Source: Blastocladiella emersonii ATCC 22665
Taxonomy: Eukaryota; Fungi; Blastocladiomycota
Direction of reading: 5' to 3'
Length of the DNA: 64,000 nt
Assembly: GCA_025594325.1 (NCBI GenBank)
Contig: JANHCV010000010.1
Span: 558,001-622,000, forward strand
Positions within the stretch are counted from its first letter, which is position 1. Every line of letters starts with the position of its first letter. This document shows positions 30,323-43,537 of the stretch, in pieces. The notes under the pieces were generated by a model. The model was not told where the DNA came from, did no database searches, and was given only the letters and a program-made list of their open reading frames with translations. The translations under genes and the position numbers were made by a program.

Positions 30323-32081
30323 ATGGAAACTCTATGCAATGTGCTCGGTGAGCAATTTATGCCCGCGGTCTACGAGCGGATTCTTGTTTATGCTGTTTGG
30401 ATCACCGACATGGACGATACTGCAGCGCTTCTTCAGTACTCGCGCGTGATGCGGCACGAGCTCGTTCCTCAAGTACAGCGAGCCATCTTGCTGCATTCGT
30501 CAAAGCTATCTCTGTTTACGGCGACCTGCGACGGCCGCCTCTCTGTGCTCAAACGGTGGGTCGCACTTGGGCTGCCGCTCCAACTCGAGGACGCCGATCG
30601 CGCGCTTGATGCGGTTGCCGCCAACCGCCACCTCGATACTATGGAATTTTGGCGGGACTCGGGTGCTTTGGATGCGTCAACCTTGTCCGGGTTTGCCTTA
30701 GATAGTCTCAGCACGAGTTTGTCCATGCTCGCGCTCGCCGCAGCTCTTCCCAACAATTTCCGCGTATGTATCGACCGCGTTCCTCTCCAACGCGAATTTT
30801 AAGTAACATGCTCCCTCCGTGCCCGCTTTCTCGTAGAATCCGGCTGAACTGGCTCAACTTGACGGTTGCGTCTACGCTGCATTTAACGACATCTCGGCGG
30901 GCACTCTCACCGAACTTGTTTGGCACGAGAAGCAGATTTCGCTCGCCGGCGTTCAGCGGCTCAACGAAGCCATGGCGAGTCCGAACCAGGCCCTTTGCAC
31001 AATCGACCTGTTCGCGTGCACGCTCGACCTCGCGCGACTGCGCGCTATTCAATTTCCCTGCACGTTGACTCGCCTTCGAATTGGAAATCTCTGGATCAAG
31101 GTCGCGGATGAGGGCCCGTTGCCTGCGCCAGTGGGCTGGCCACCGTCCCTGGAGTCGCTCACTGTCAATGGCACCGCAATTGCTTCAATCCGCACTGCGC
31201 TTTGTTTGTTCGCACAGCTACCCAACGGCCTCAAGTCCTTCGAGGTGTCCATGTGCGACTTGGAAGACGAGATTGCGCTGACCATCGTACGGGTTCTTCC
31301 CCGTGGACTCGAGTCGCTCTCCTTGAGTTACAGCAAAATCAGCGGTTCTGGCGTAGCTCGGATTGTTCCACTGCTCCCGCCCAATCTTCACGTCCTCGAT
31401 ATTGGCGACTGCTCGCTCAACGATCTGGATCCCTCGCAGCATCCGTGGTCGTTTCCCGCGTCCCTCACAAAGCTCCGACTTGCCAACCTCAAGCTCAAGA
31501 AGGACGGCACGAGCTTCCTTGCTGCCTCGCTTCCACCAAATCTGCGCGCCTTGGAGTTGTCGGCTTCGACTACATATGCTTGGGAGGACTTCTTTCAATC
31601 GCTGCCGTCGTCGTTGCGCTCCCTCAACCTGACCAACACGACCCTCGTTGCTGCAGAGGTCGAAGCGCTTGCAGCGGCCCTCTCCGCCGACTTGGAAACA
31701 CTGGTTTTATCGAGTACAACCTCCTACGTGACGCACATGGCGCATGTCGTAAACCGAGTGTCCAACTCGCTCGGCCATCTCGACTTGAGCTGGACGCACT
31801 TGCGAGTGGACGGCGCGCAGTTTCTCGCCGAGTCCATGCCGCCCAATCTTGATTCGCTTGTGATGAAGGGCGCGGACCTGATGGATGCTGATCTCACACA
31901 GTTCGCGCCGCACCTCCCTCGCACGTTGGTCAAGCTGGACCTGGAGCACAACCGGATCACGGACGTGGGCGCGCAATGCTTGGCCGCGAACGTGCCGCGG
32001 CTCTTGAGCGAGGTGAATTTGAGCGGTAACCAGGTGACAGACGCGGGATTTGCTGCGCTGAAGTTGGCCAAGACGACTTGA
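30323..32081 (+). CDS. Type-A F-box-like/ankyrin-like + LRR protein (~561 aa), intron 30764-30836
   Basis: Same 147-codon exon 1 and phase-0 intron position as 28112-29911. Confidence 0.86.
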
Positions 32082-32274
32082 AATATATTCGTGAGTCTTA
32101 TACAACGTTATTTTGTCTCTCCTACTTGGCCATGGCCCGCGCGGACATGCTGACAGCGGCCGTGGCCACGGTCATGACGCGGTGGTTGAGGCCACTCTCC
32201 TGGCATTGTTACATGATGATGGCCGCGGCTATCTTCAGATGTTCCGGGACTAACAGATAGTCTTTGTGTATTTG

Positions 32275-34655
32275 CTACGCAGCCTCAATCCCAAACACAT
32301 CAAGTACCTTGGTCTGCGCCTCGCGCAACTCCTTGGCCTTGACCATGTTTGCGAGACTCTCCCCAAACGCCTTGGACGGTGGGGACACGCGCATCAGGCG
32401 GCACGCGTGGTCGTACTGGCCATTGAGGATGGCGCGGCGGATCATGTCCTCGGCCGACGTTTGAGACAAGGCCGCAGCGAGATCAGACGGATGGCGGACC
32501 TGCTTGCACAGCAGCTTGAGGACCCAGGGAATGTCAAACCCGCGCACATCCTTGACAATCTGGGTCATAAACTCGACGTCGTACCCGACAAGCTTGATGA
32601 AAAGACACGCGTCAAAATGCCCCGCGGTGTGGTGCGGATCGGACGCAGCTGCGACTTGCGCAAAGTCAGCGCTGGCGAGAAAGTCCACGTTGTAGTGCTC
32701 ACAGAGCGCGCTGCGGAGCGAGGTGGTGGTCTGAAGATTGTACGGCCCGAAGCCGTAAGGATACCGCTCCATGAGCTGGTCGAGGACGTCAAGGAGGACT
32801 GACGCCCGCTGGCCATTGTCCGCTTTCACCTCGCCGTTGGCGCTGATCTGAGCGTCTTCGGTAGCACGAGAAGGAGTGAGAAGCTCAAGAATGTGCTTGA
32901 CAAGCTGGATAATGAGCATGGTTTGGAGACCCGAGAGGTCGAAATGCTTGAAAAGCATGCTGAGCGAAATTGCCGGGTCAGGGTCGGCGGTCCGCGCGCA
33001 AACTTCGGTCAGGAACGGCGCCGAGCGCTCGCAGTTTGAATCGAACAAGGCAAGCGATTTAATCACGCGCTTAAGGACGTGGCACGGGTCCAGTCCCGGT
33101 ATGGCGGGCGAGAGGAAAAGCGGAGCGAGGTCCGGCTCGTTCGCGTAGTAGGTGAGGTGCGGCTCAACGACCTGCGCGGGCTCAAAGCCAAGGACGCCGC
33201 ACGCGTTGATGAGAGCGAGGAACTTGGCGCGGGACAAGGGCGGCCACGAACTGTACTCGGACGAGCAAGCTATAAAATGAAGATTCGTGAGTGAGATAAA
33301 TCGCTGCGTGTTGAAGTAAAATCCTGAGCGTACCGTTGCTGAGCACCTCGAGGAGATCGCTGCGCTCGACATAGGTCTCCAGGTAGCCAAGCACGGGCTC
33401 GAGCACCTTGGGCGTGTCAAGCGCGCTCGCAAGGATCCGCGTCCACGAGTCGTTGTTGATCAGGCCGAGCTCGGCGAAGCGCGGGATCTGGTCGTGGTGA
33501 CCCTCGTCAAGGAACGGAGCAAGACCCGCGCCAACGTCAAAACGCGTCTCGGCATCCATTTCGTCAAGCAGAGGCAGATCGTAGCGCTCGAAAAGCACCT
33601 TGAAAAGCGCGTAGTCCGCGTGATCCCACGCGTAGTACGACATGGACGCGTGCCGCTCGCGGCCGCGCACCCAGCCTTCACCCACTAACCAGTCGAGGAT
33701 CGGCGGCACGATTTCGGCGGCGCGGTAGCGCTGATACAGCGTGCACAGGAACACGTTGGAAGTTTCTTCGCGTGAGAACCACGCAAAAAGCTCGGTGCGG
33801 TCTACGCCATAATCGCCGTCAAGCAGGCGCTCGATGGCGGCGCGGTTCCACACGGTCATGGCGGCGAGTGCGAGTGCCATCGGGAACGTGACCGGGTACG
33901 AGGTATCAACGGACGGGTCGTCCTCGTCCATGAGCGAGATGTTTTCGCGGGTGATGGAGCGCTCGCTGAGCCAGAAGCGGGACCACGTCGTGATCTTGGC
34001 CCGGTCGGTGCGCAGCGAGGCCGGGAATATTGTGAGCAAGTGGTTGAGGCACACTAACATGGCGTCGAGGCCGCCGACGTGCAGGAAAAAGTGAATCAGC
34101 GACAGGCCCTCGGGTACGGCGCGAAAGGCAAACGAGCCGTGCAGCAGGTCGGTGCCCATGGGGAGGTCCGTAAACGGCGCGATTGCGTCAACGATCGAAT
34201 CGGGAACGAACTGGTTCTTGCGGTAGAAGTAAGCCGCCACCGACGGAGAGAACGGGTGCCCAGTGCGAGCAGCAACGGCGGCGGGATCGTCGCCGCCCCG
34301 AAGCCCGGGCGTGTCGTTGCGCAGCGCGCCGGGGAAGCGCAGCTTGAGGAACCACACGAGCGGCATCTGCAGTTGCCGCGCGAGCTCGTAGCACTGGTCG
34401 AGGTCCTGGCCATAAGTGTAATATTCGTCCTCGCCTCCGTTGGCGGCATCGTAGTCGGCGAGCGTCGTCGCAGCAACCCGGCGGGCGACCCCACGGGCGT
34501 AACGCGTGTGGGCCAGTCGCGGCGTCGCGTGCAGCCGACGACGCTGCCGCCACGGCCGCCCGCGGTAGGGCGAACGCGACAACGTGCTCAAACAGGTCGA
34601 ACGGCAGCTCGAGCGCCTGATTCATAAGGTGCTGGTCATCTTGCATGAGCTTCAT
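32275..34655 (-). CDS. Large protein with F-box-like N-terminus (ELPFDLFEHVVAF); intron 33270-33332; apparent frameshift near 34540
   Basis: Three overlapping ORFs; the second junction is a GTACGC...TATAG intron, the first has no splice sites. Confidence 0.6.
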
Positions 34656-34922
34656 TTTGGATTCAAGTCAACATCATGGGGACAAGGAGAGCGTGGACCG
34701 AGGAGCCCTGTCGCGCCAACTTGACCACGGCGCGTACACCAGTGCGTACACCCGTTCGAGGCAACCTGCAGCAACTCACTCAACGACCTGACCATTGTCA
34801 AAACCGACTCATTCGGCAGGGGGACTTAGCCCCCCTGCATTCGGGGACTAGAACGATTACGCAGGGCAAGATGGTTCGATTACATGATGACAAAACTGTT
34901 CGAGCCTGGAGAACGGGGCGGC

Positions 34923-35435
34923 TCAGTGGCGGCGGCTGTGACAACGACGCGAGTCCTCCTCTTCTTCCTCCTCCTCGTCGTCCTCGTACTCGTCCGCGTC
35001 CTCCTCCTCGTCCTCGTCGCCGTCCTCGTACTCCTCGTCCTCGCAGTCGGACCACTCGTCCTCCTCCTCCTCAGCCTCCTCATCCTCCTCGGCCTCCTCC
35101 TCGTCGCCCTCCTCGCGGCCCTCCTCGGCGTCGATGGCGGCCTGGATGCCCTCGGCGAACTGCCAGAGGTCGACGAGGACCTGGTCGACCTGCTCGGACG
35201 AGGGGCGGTCGGCGAGGGCCTCCTCCTGCTGCTTCTTGGCCTTCTTGCCCTTCTTGGAGTTGGGGTTGCCGTGGGCGTGGGCAGCCGTCATGAGGGCGGG
35301 CATGATCTCGTCGAGGTTCTCGACCATGGCGAGCAGGATCTCGTCGGGGAAGGCGTCGATGCGGTCCCACAGCTCCTGACGCATCTCCTCGTCAATCTGC
35401 GACTCGTGCGGCTGGTAGTAGGTGGTGCCGGTCAT
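34923..35435 (-). CDS. 170-aa unknown protein with very acidic C-terminal tail
   Basis: MTGTTYYQPHESQIDEEMRQELWDRIDAF...; host codon bias; long D/E tract. Confidence 0.6.
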   Translation of the reverse strand: MTGTTYYQPHESQIDEEMRQELWDRIDAFPDEILLAMVENLDEIMPALMTAAHAHGNPNSKKGKKAKKQQEEALADRPSSEQVDQVLVDLWQFAEGIQAAIDAEEGREEGDEEEAEEDEEAEEEEDEWSDCEDEEYEDGDEDEEEDADEYEDDEEEEEEEDSRRCHSRRH

Positions 35436-35704
35436 TCTTGATGTGCGTGGTGCGTGTGCTACGTTGCAATGAGGTGTGCTTGGTTGCTGCTGGAGCAGGA
35501 GAGGGATAGGCGGGGCCCCCAGGCTTCTTGTAGGCTCGGCCGGCCGGCGAAGAGTGTGGCCGGCGAAGAGTGTGGCGTCGCGCGAGTGCTGCATCGAGCG
35601 CCTCGCCGCGCGCGCCGTCGCCGTGCTGCACCGCAATCCTTCGCGCGAGTCCCCGTTCGAGCGTCCGTCGCCACACAGACTGCATGCATCAGCGCCTCGC
35701 CCCC

Positions 35705-36774
35705 ATGACCGTGGCGGCCATGAACGTGTCCAAGTCGATTGCCGAGCGGTGCGCATCCCGTTCGAGGTTCCTCTCGCGTCGAGACGAGCGGCCGCGCTCA
35801 CAACGGCGTCGCGTCCGTCCAGCCTGTCCAGGTTCAAGGTGGCCGACCTCCGCGACCTGGCGCGGGTGACGGGTCTCGGCGGGCTGCCGACGCGCAAGGC
35901 GGACCTCGCGGCGGCGGTCGGCGCGCACCTGACGTCGCACGCGCCGGGAAGCAGCAACGCGGCGCCCGTGGTGCTGTCGATTGACGTCGGGTACCGCAAC
36001 CTGGCGTGGGCGCTGGCCGACGACCGGCGGGTGCACGCGTGGCGGCGCGAGACGCTTGTCCCAGCCGCGGCCGAGAAGAGCGAGAGCGAGAGCGAGAGCG
36101 AGACCAAGGCGCGCATCTACGAACCGACCGTGTTCGCGCGCGCGGTGCTGTCGCTGACGCAGAACATGGCGGGCGCCGTGACGGAAGCGCGCGCGGCGTA
36201 CGGCGCGGACCCGGCACAGCTGCACGTCGTGATTGAGCGGCAGCGCAGCATGGGCCCGGCGCAGGGCAGCCTGACCGTGTTCATGGTCAACATGGTCGAG
36301 GGCATGCTGTGGTCGAGCGTGCTGCACCCGGCGTTCCTGCGCGAGCCGCTGGGGGCGCCGCTGCGCGGCGTGTCGCTGCCGCCGGGCCAGGTCAGCCAGT
36401 GGTTCGAGCACGGCAGCACTGGCGGGAAGAGCAAGAGCAAGAGCAAGAAGACGGCGGCGACGGCTATGGTCGACCGCGTGCTACGCGATGCCGCTATGGC
36501 GGGCAAGGGCGAGCTCGCCATCGCGTACCAGGCCGACGTGGCTCAGCCCAAGCTCACGTCGTCGCTTGCGCTCGACGCGTCCCTCGCCGCGGCGTTCGCG
36601 GCCGAGAAGAAGCGCGACGACATGGCCGACGCGCTGCTGCAGGCGGCCGCGTCGCTCGACTGGCTGCGCAACGCGCGCGATGTCGCGCGGCGCATCGAGG
36701 CGGGCGAGGCCATGGTACCGTTCATGTACGCTGACGTTGGGTTCCGCGCCGTGTTTGGGCCGCAGGACTCGTAG
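35705..36774 (+). CDS. CCE1: Mitochondrial Holliday-junction resolvase (SAP + Ydc2/RuvC-like), intron 35749-35822
   Basis: SAP-like FKVADLRDLARVTGL..TRKADL; catalytic SIDVGYRNLA, VVIERQR, KKRDDMADALLQA. Confidence 0.85.
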
Positions 36775-37021
36775 CAATACACACCACGTATCAGATCAGA
36801 TTTCGCGCGTCGCGTGTCTCGCGGCAACGGGAAACGCGTCGACGGCTAGCTCACGTGAGGGCGAATTTATGACGTCGATCCCCGATTTGTCCCGCGCCTC
36901 GCACCCGCAAACAACTCGGCGCCGCCGCCGCCTCGGACCCTCGGACCCCGGCAGTCCCTTCTCTCCTCCCTCATCCTCTCGAGAGCCGTCGCTGACGCCC
37001 GTCACTCGCCCGATCGTCACC

Positions 37022-39068
37022 ATGCTGTCCCTCGCCGCGCGCGCGCGCCTCGTGCCCTCGGTACGGGTCCCCGCCCCGCTGCGCCGCGCCCTGCTCCGCC
37101 GCCCATGGACGATGACCGTGATGCAGTCGCGAGCGGGACATGTATCGACAGCCTGCTGCCCGCCATGGGTCCCGATCCGCTGCCTGCTCGGCGCTGCGTG
37201 TCGTAGCGCGGCCGCCAACGAGCATGACGCGGCATGATCGATCCATGCGCGCGCGTCCTTGCATGACGGCCGACCGACCACTGGGCGGCGGCGCGCTAGC
37301 CGTTGCCGTATCGACGTCGACTAACCGCTTCGACCTCCCCGTGATGTATTCGCCGCCGTTCCCGGCTTGCTGCTCCGGTTCGCCCCGATGTGCGACGCGT
37401 TGACTCGCTCGGCCTGCCCCACCCTCACCCGCCTCCGCCGCACGCTCTCTCTCTCTCTCCCGCCACGCAACTCAACCTGTGCACAACGCTACAGTTCCGC
37501 CAGACCTCGCGTCCCTTCTCGTCCGCCATCGCCAACATGGTGCGTTGCGCTCGAGCTACTATGGATCAACAACGATGCACTCGCTGACATCGCGCGGATC
37601 GGATCGTGTAGCAGAACTACCGTGCCGAGCGCGACACGTTCGGCGAGATCAAGGTCCCCTCGGACAAGTACTGGGGCGCCCAGACCCAGCGGTACGCTGC
37701 CTCGCTCGCGCTCCGGCCGACCGATCGGCTGCTAACGCACTCTTTGGCGGATGTAGTTCGATCCAGAACTTCAACATTGGCGGCCCGACCGAGCGCATGC
37801 CCGAGCCGCTCATCAAGGCGTTCGGCGTGCTCAAGAAGTGCGCCGCGCAGGTGAACATGACGTACGGGCTCAAGCCCGAGGTCGGCGAGGCCATCATCCG
37901 CGCCGCCGACGAGGTGATCGAGGGCAAGCTCAACGACCACTTCCCTCTGGTCGTGTGGCAGACGGGCTCGGGCACCCAGACCAACATGAACTCGAACGAG
38001 GTGATCTCGAACCGCGCCATCGAGCTGCTCGGCGGCGAGCTCGGGTCCAAGAAGCCCGTGCACCCGAACGACCACGTCAACATGTCGCAGTCGTCCAACG
38101 ACACGTTCCCGACCGCCATGCACGTTGCCGCGGTCACCGAGATCCACCACCGCCTCCTCCCCTCGCTCACCCACCTGCGCGACGCCCTCCACGAGTGCGC
38201 CGAGAAGTGGAACGACATCATCAAGATCGGCCGCACCCACCTCCAGGACGCCACCCCGCTCACCCTCGGCCAGGAGTTCTCGGGCTACGCCCAGCAGCTC
38301 ACCTACGGCATCCAGCGCGTCGAGGCCACCCTGCCCCGCCTCTACAACCTCGCCCAGGGCGGCACCGCCGTCGGCACGGGCATCAACACCAAGATCGGCT
38401 TCGACGTCAAGGTCGCCGAGGCCATTGCCCAGGAGACGGGTCTGCCCTTCCGCACCGCCCCCAACAAGTTCGAGGCCCTGGCCGCGCACGACGCGCTCGT
38501 CGAGGCCCACGGCGCCCTCAACGTCGTTGCCGTGTCGCTCATGAAGATCGCCAACGACATCCGCCTGCTCGGCTCGGGCCCGCGGTGCGGTCTCGGCGAG
38601 CTGCTGCTGCCCGAGAACGAGCCCGGGTCGTCGATCATGCCCGGCAAGGTGAACCCGACGCAGTGCGAGGCCATGACCATGGTGTGCGCGCAGGTCATGG
38701 GCAACAACACGGCCATCTCGGTGGCCGGGTCCAACGGCCACTTCGAGCTCAACGTGTTCAAGCCCGTCATGATCAAGAACCTGCTGCAGTCGGTGCGCCT
38801 CATCGCCGACGCGTCCGTGTCCTTCACCGACAACTGCGTCGTCGGCATCCAGCCCAACACCAAGCGCATCGACGCCATCATGAAGGAGTCGCTCATGCTC
38901 GTCACGGCGCTCAACCCGTACATTGGCTACGACAACGCGGCCGCCGCCGCCAAGAAGGCCCACAAGGAGGGCACCACGCTCAAGGAGGCCGCCGTCGCTC
39001 TCGGCACCCTCACCCCCGAGCAGTTCGACGAGTGGGTCCGCCCCGAAAAGATGATCGGCCCCAACTAA
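37022..39068 (+). CDS. FUM1: Fumarate hydratase class II, mitochondrial, several 5' introns
   Basis: [15 protein letters not shown] signature, [22 protein letters not shown]; R-rich presequence [10 protein letters not shown]. Confidence 0.97.
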
Positions 39069-39140
39069 GTTCTTGGGTCGGTTGGTTTTAGCAAAGTATG
39101 GAATTTTTAAGTGAGGAATGAATGAAGAATCGATTAATAA

Positions 39141-42100
39141 TCACACCACCGCGATCTCGCTGCTGCCCTTGCTCTCGTTCTCCGCCGGCGGCGGTGGGGG
39201 CGGGGGCAGCTTCCACCGCGACTCCTTGGTCGTCTCGTTGAAGTAGTACCCGTCGCCGCCCGACGCGGGCGCGACCCAGAACCACCCCTTCATGTGCGGC
39301 ACGGGGACGGGTTCGCCCGGCCGCGCGGGTTTCTGCGGCGACGTCGAGGCCGCGGTCGTTGTCGTGGACCCGAGACTACTGCCCGACGTGTTGCGCCGCG
39401 ACAGCCGCGCCTTGTGGTGCGGCGCGATGGCGGCGGCGGTCGACGACGGCAGCGACGACGTGATGACCATGGACTTGGGCCGCGCCGGATCGGGGGCTGC
39501 GAGCGCCTGCACGCGCGACTGCGTCGGCGCGGCGGCCATGGACACGGGCCGCGGGCGTGGTGCCGCTGCGCCGCGGGACCCGACGACCGCGTCCTCGCTC
39601 CCCTGCTCCTGCTCCTGCTGTTGCGCGGCGGCGGCCGCGATCGCCGCGACCATGGCCGTCGGCCGCAAGTTAACGACGCAGTCGGCCGAGTACTCGAGCC
39701 AGGTGAGTGCGGCGTCGCTCTGGCACGCCTGCATGATGCGGGCGTATCGGGCGGGCGGGGCGTCGAATTTCGCGACGAGCGCGCGCGGGACCAGGCCCGT
39801 GACGCGGTTCATGGATACCTTCCAGTGGTCGCCGTCGCAGTTGACGACGCGCAGGAACGTGTGGCGGTGGAAGCCGAGTTCTTGGGTTGAGGTCGGCGTG
39901 TGCGAGTCGAGCGTCAGGGCCAGGAGTTCGACGTTGTCGGGCAGGTCGCGCGGGTTGATCTACGCGGGCGGGCGAGGGAGGGTGAGCGTAGGTCAGGGTG
40001 AGGATGAAGGCGACGCGGAGGAAGCGTACGGGCGACTTGGGCAGCTGCGTGTTGGCCGTGATGCTGGCCGTGTTCTTGATGTTGTCCTACACGCCCCACG
40101 TCAGTCGCGTCCATCAACACGCCCAGCGCGATACGGTGTACCATGAGGAACGACCACGGCCGCTTGATCGAGATGGCGTCGAGCCGCTTGGACTTGCGCC
40201 GCACGAGCGAGCTGACGCCGCGCTGGAGGTACACGACGGTGGCCTTCTGGAGCGCGCGGAGCCACGCGTTGCGCTCGTCGACCGACTCGGTGGCGAACGT
40301 GAGCGGGGCCCAGTCGCCGCCACCACCGCCGCCCGCCGCGCCCCCGCCCCCACCCTCCTCGCCAACGGGCAGGACCTCGAGCGTGAACAGGTCCGGGTGG
40401 CCGTAGATGGTGTTGGTCCCCGTCGCATGGACGACGAGGCGGTTGGGCGCGAGGGCGTGGAAGATGTCGTACTTCTTGCGCAGCGACCGCGCGCTCGCGG
40501 GCTTGCACACGAGGAGGAGGTCCGAGAACAGGATCCAGTGCGTCTGGGTGAGTTTCCCGGGGCCGGGGGTGCTGGCGCCCGAGACGGACCCGCCGGGGGC
40601 CCAGCGGAACATGGGGCCCTCGCGGATGAACTGCGACTGCGCGCTCAGGTCGAGGTCCTGGAACCCGGCGACCGACTTGGAGAAGGTGGCGAGCTTGTCG
40701 CGGTGCGAGTAGGCGACGCTGCTCGAGTCCACAATCTCGAGCAGCGACTGCAGCTCGGTGCAGCTGCGCTCGAGCACCGGGTACTCGGGGCTGTTCTCAA
40801 ACGAGTGCTTCTTGACCTCGAGCAGCAGCAGCGGGTACTTGGCGATGCGCCTACGCGCGGGACGGGACGTGACGCGGTCGGTCAGCGAGCGGATGATGGA
40901 CGCGGACGGGCGCGTGACGTACTGGATCGGCTTGATCATGAGCGAGTCGAGCGACTGGCGCTTGGTCTCGGGGATCTCAGTCACGGCCGCGTTGAGCTGC
41001 CTGAACGCCGGCAGCTGCATGGCCATGGACACGTGCGTCGAGTAGTGCGTCGCGTACTCGACGTGGCACGACAGCAGCGGAATCTACACATTTTTGGGGC
41101 AATCAGTCCACGTCCACGACCACGACCGCGGCCACGGACACCGCGCGCGCGTGCGTACCATGCCCTCGATCAACCGTCCGGGCCACTCGACGACAGGCGA
41201 CCTGGCGAGCTCGGCGTCGATGGCCTCGACGATCTTGACGTGGTTCGCGAGCACCTGCGGGAGGTTCCCGAAGAACGCGTCGGGGTCGTCCCCGCCCAGG
41301 GCGCCGTCGGGCCGCGGGAGCCGGTCGCGCACGAACGGACGCACCACGTTGAGCGTGACGGTCAGGTCGTGCACGAAGTCGCGCTCGGTCACGATCAGCT
41401 CGTAGATGGCGCTCTGGCGCATCAGCTCGATGCGCGTCGGGCACGCGTCGATGACGGCGGCCGGGAGGCGCTGGTGGAACTGCTCGCGCAGCGTCGGGAC
41501 GCGTTTCTCGGGCGCAGTGGCGGGGGTGGCGGGGGTGGTCGGTGGTGTGGGTTCGGCGGCAGCGGGGGCGGGTGCTTCGAGCAGCGGCGCGGACACGAGC
41601 ATGGGCTGCGGCGGGACAACGCTCTCGGGCCGCTCCTCCTGCTCGTCGCCCTCGGCATCGATGGTGACGACCGACTCGACATCGTCGTCAGCAGTCGCGA
41701 GCGACTCGGCCTCCACTTCATCCGAGTCAGACCCGTCCTCGCTCGCGCTCTCCTCGAGCACACTCGTCGGCCGCGTCTTGACGGTCGCCGCCTCGGGCGA
41801 CGCAGCGAGGGGCATCCCGCCGTCAACGAGCGTGTCGAGCGACGTGATCGGCGCCGCGTCCGCGCCCGGGTCGAGCGTCAGGGTGCTCCCGATCGAGAAC
41901 GAGGTGCCCGCGCGCATGTGCGACGACGGCGGGAGCATGGTGAGCGGCTGGCGGCACCGGCGCACCGTGGCCGAGTCCCCGCTACCCACCGCCGCCGCTG
42001 GCGACACCGGGGGATCGATGGGCAGCGTGCACGAGGACCGTGTAGATCGCAGCGCGGCAATGGCCGGGTTCACGGTCGGGTTCTGCGCGACCGTCGACAG

Positions 42101-43140
42101 CTTGATGGTCCCGGACCCGCGCGGCAGGGAGAAGGTCGGGTACGCGAAGTTCGCGCTGGACGTGGACGCGAGCGAGTCGCGCGACGCGGCCGAGAGCTCG
42201 GCGGCCTGAGCGATGGGCACGGGGCCCGAGCCCGACCCGTTGAGCTGGTGCCGCGGGAGCGACGGCCGACGCTCGTTGCCCGGATCCGCCGAGATGGCGG
42301 GCGTCGACAGGAGCTGCAGCACGGAGCGCTGCTGCGCGACAAGCGTCTGGATATCGGCGAAGGCGTCGAGGAGGCCCGCCGACAGCTGGTCGACGGCGGC
42401 GCGCGAGGCGAGCGAGGACGACTCGATGCGGTGCACGGCCGTGGCCAGGCGCAGGTGCTGCTCCTCGAGCAAGGCGAGGCGGGTGTCGGTGGTGGCGGGC
42501 GGTGGCGATGGCGTGGCGGGGTCGTCGGTGCGGGGGACGATGCCGAGCGCGGTCAGCTCCTTGACCGACAGCTTCGGCGGCGCGGCGGGCATCCGCGGGT
42601 CGCGCGCGTGGACCGCGTCGGCGAGGGCGAGGGCGGTCGCGAGGAACGGGACGAGGTGGCGGCCCTAGCCGACCGAATTGGCGGGTCAGTTGACGCGACG
42701 CGGCGGATTCGTGGTCGGAAGGCGTACCTGTGCGACTTGACGCGGGTTGTACAGCGCGACGATGTCGAGCTTGGGGCAGGCCCTACGTAGGAAGAGTCAG
42801 CGACCGCGATGCGAAGCTGTCGAGTAGCCGTGACGTACGACGCGAGCTGGCTCAGGTTCGCCAGCTTGCCGTAGACCGACGGGCTCGAGTACACGGTCGG
42901 CACGGCGCCGGGCTCGACGGCGTTGACGAGGAGGCACAGGAGCTCGCCCGACGCGAGGTCCGCGAGCAAGCTTGCCGCCGCCGACTCGTCACCGCCAGGC
43001 TTCACCGCGACGAGCCCAAGCGCATCCATCTCGCCTGCAGCTAGCGGCGGTCCCGCGACCGCGTCGTGGCCGAGCGCACGCCACGCGCCGCCGACCCAGG
43101 CGCGCAGCTGGGCGAGGAATTCGGCGCGGAGGGCAGCCAT
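39141..43140 (-). CDS. Rho guanine-nucleotide exchange factor with CH-DH-PH-SH3-WW architecture, multi-exon
   Basis: CH (LASGELLCLLVNAVEPG), DH (AIYELIVTERDFV, LMIKPIQ, RIAKYPLLL), PH (IREGPM, WILFSDLLLVCK), SH3 (ELGF..DHWKV..GLVP), WW (GYYFNETTKESRWKLP). Confidence 0.85.
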
Positions 43141-43537
43141 CCGAGGAAGCAGGTGGAACGTCTAGTGTCTATCGGGTCTAGGTCGGTCGGGGAGAGGGAA
43201 GGAGGCGCGCGGATGTGACTGCGACGGAGAGCGCTCGGGCGCCCGAAACTCTGTTGGCTGCAGGCGGCAGTATCCGATCGAGGGCGTGTGCGCCGAGTGG
43301 TGCGTGGACTGGGTCGGCACGAGGGGTTACATGGGATTGCGATGGGACAGCAGCGGCGGCAGCGATGGCGAGCGAAGCAGAGGCGCGCGCGACGTGAGAC
43401 GTGAGACACCGTGCGGCGAGAGGGCGACGCGTCGCGTTGCTCGAGACGGCTGGCGGCACGTGTGAGCGGCGCGCCGTCCGCCCGCCCATGATCGACGCGC
43501 CTCCTCTCTTCCCGCCATCCCAACCCACCCCCATACC

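Noticed and set aside
39998-42790. 930-aa plus-strand ORF (and similar long ORFs at 37617-38963, 7625-8788, 15026-16084, 62518-63879)
   Set aside because: These are antisense shadows of GC-rich, codon-biased genes; they have no domain motifs.
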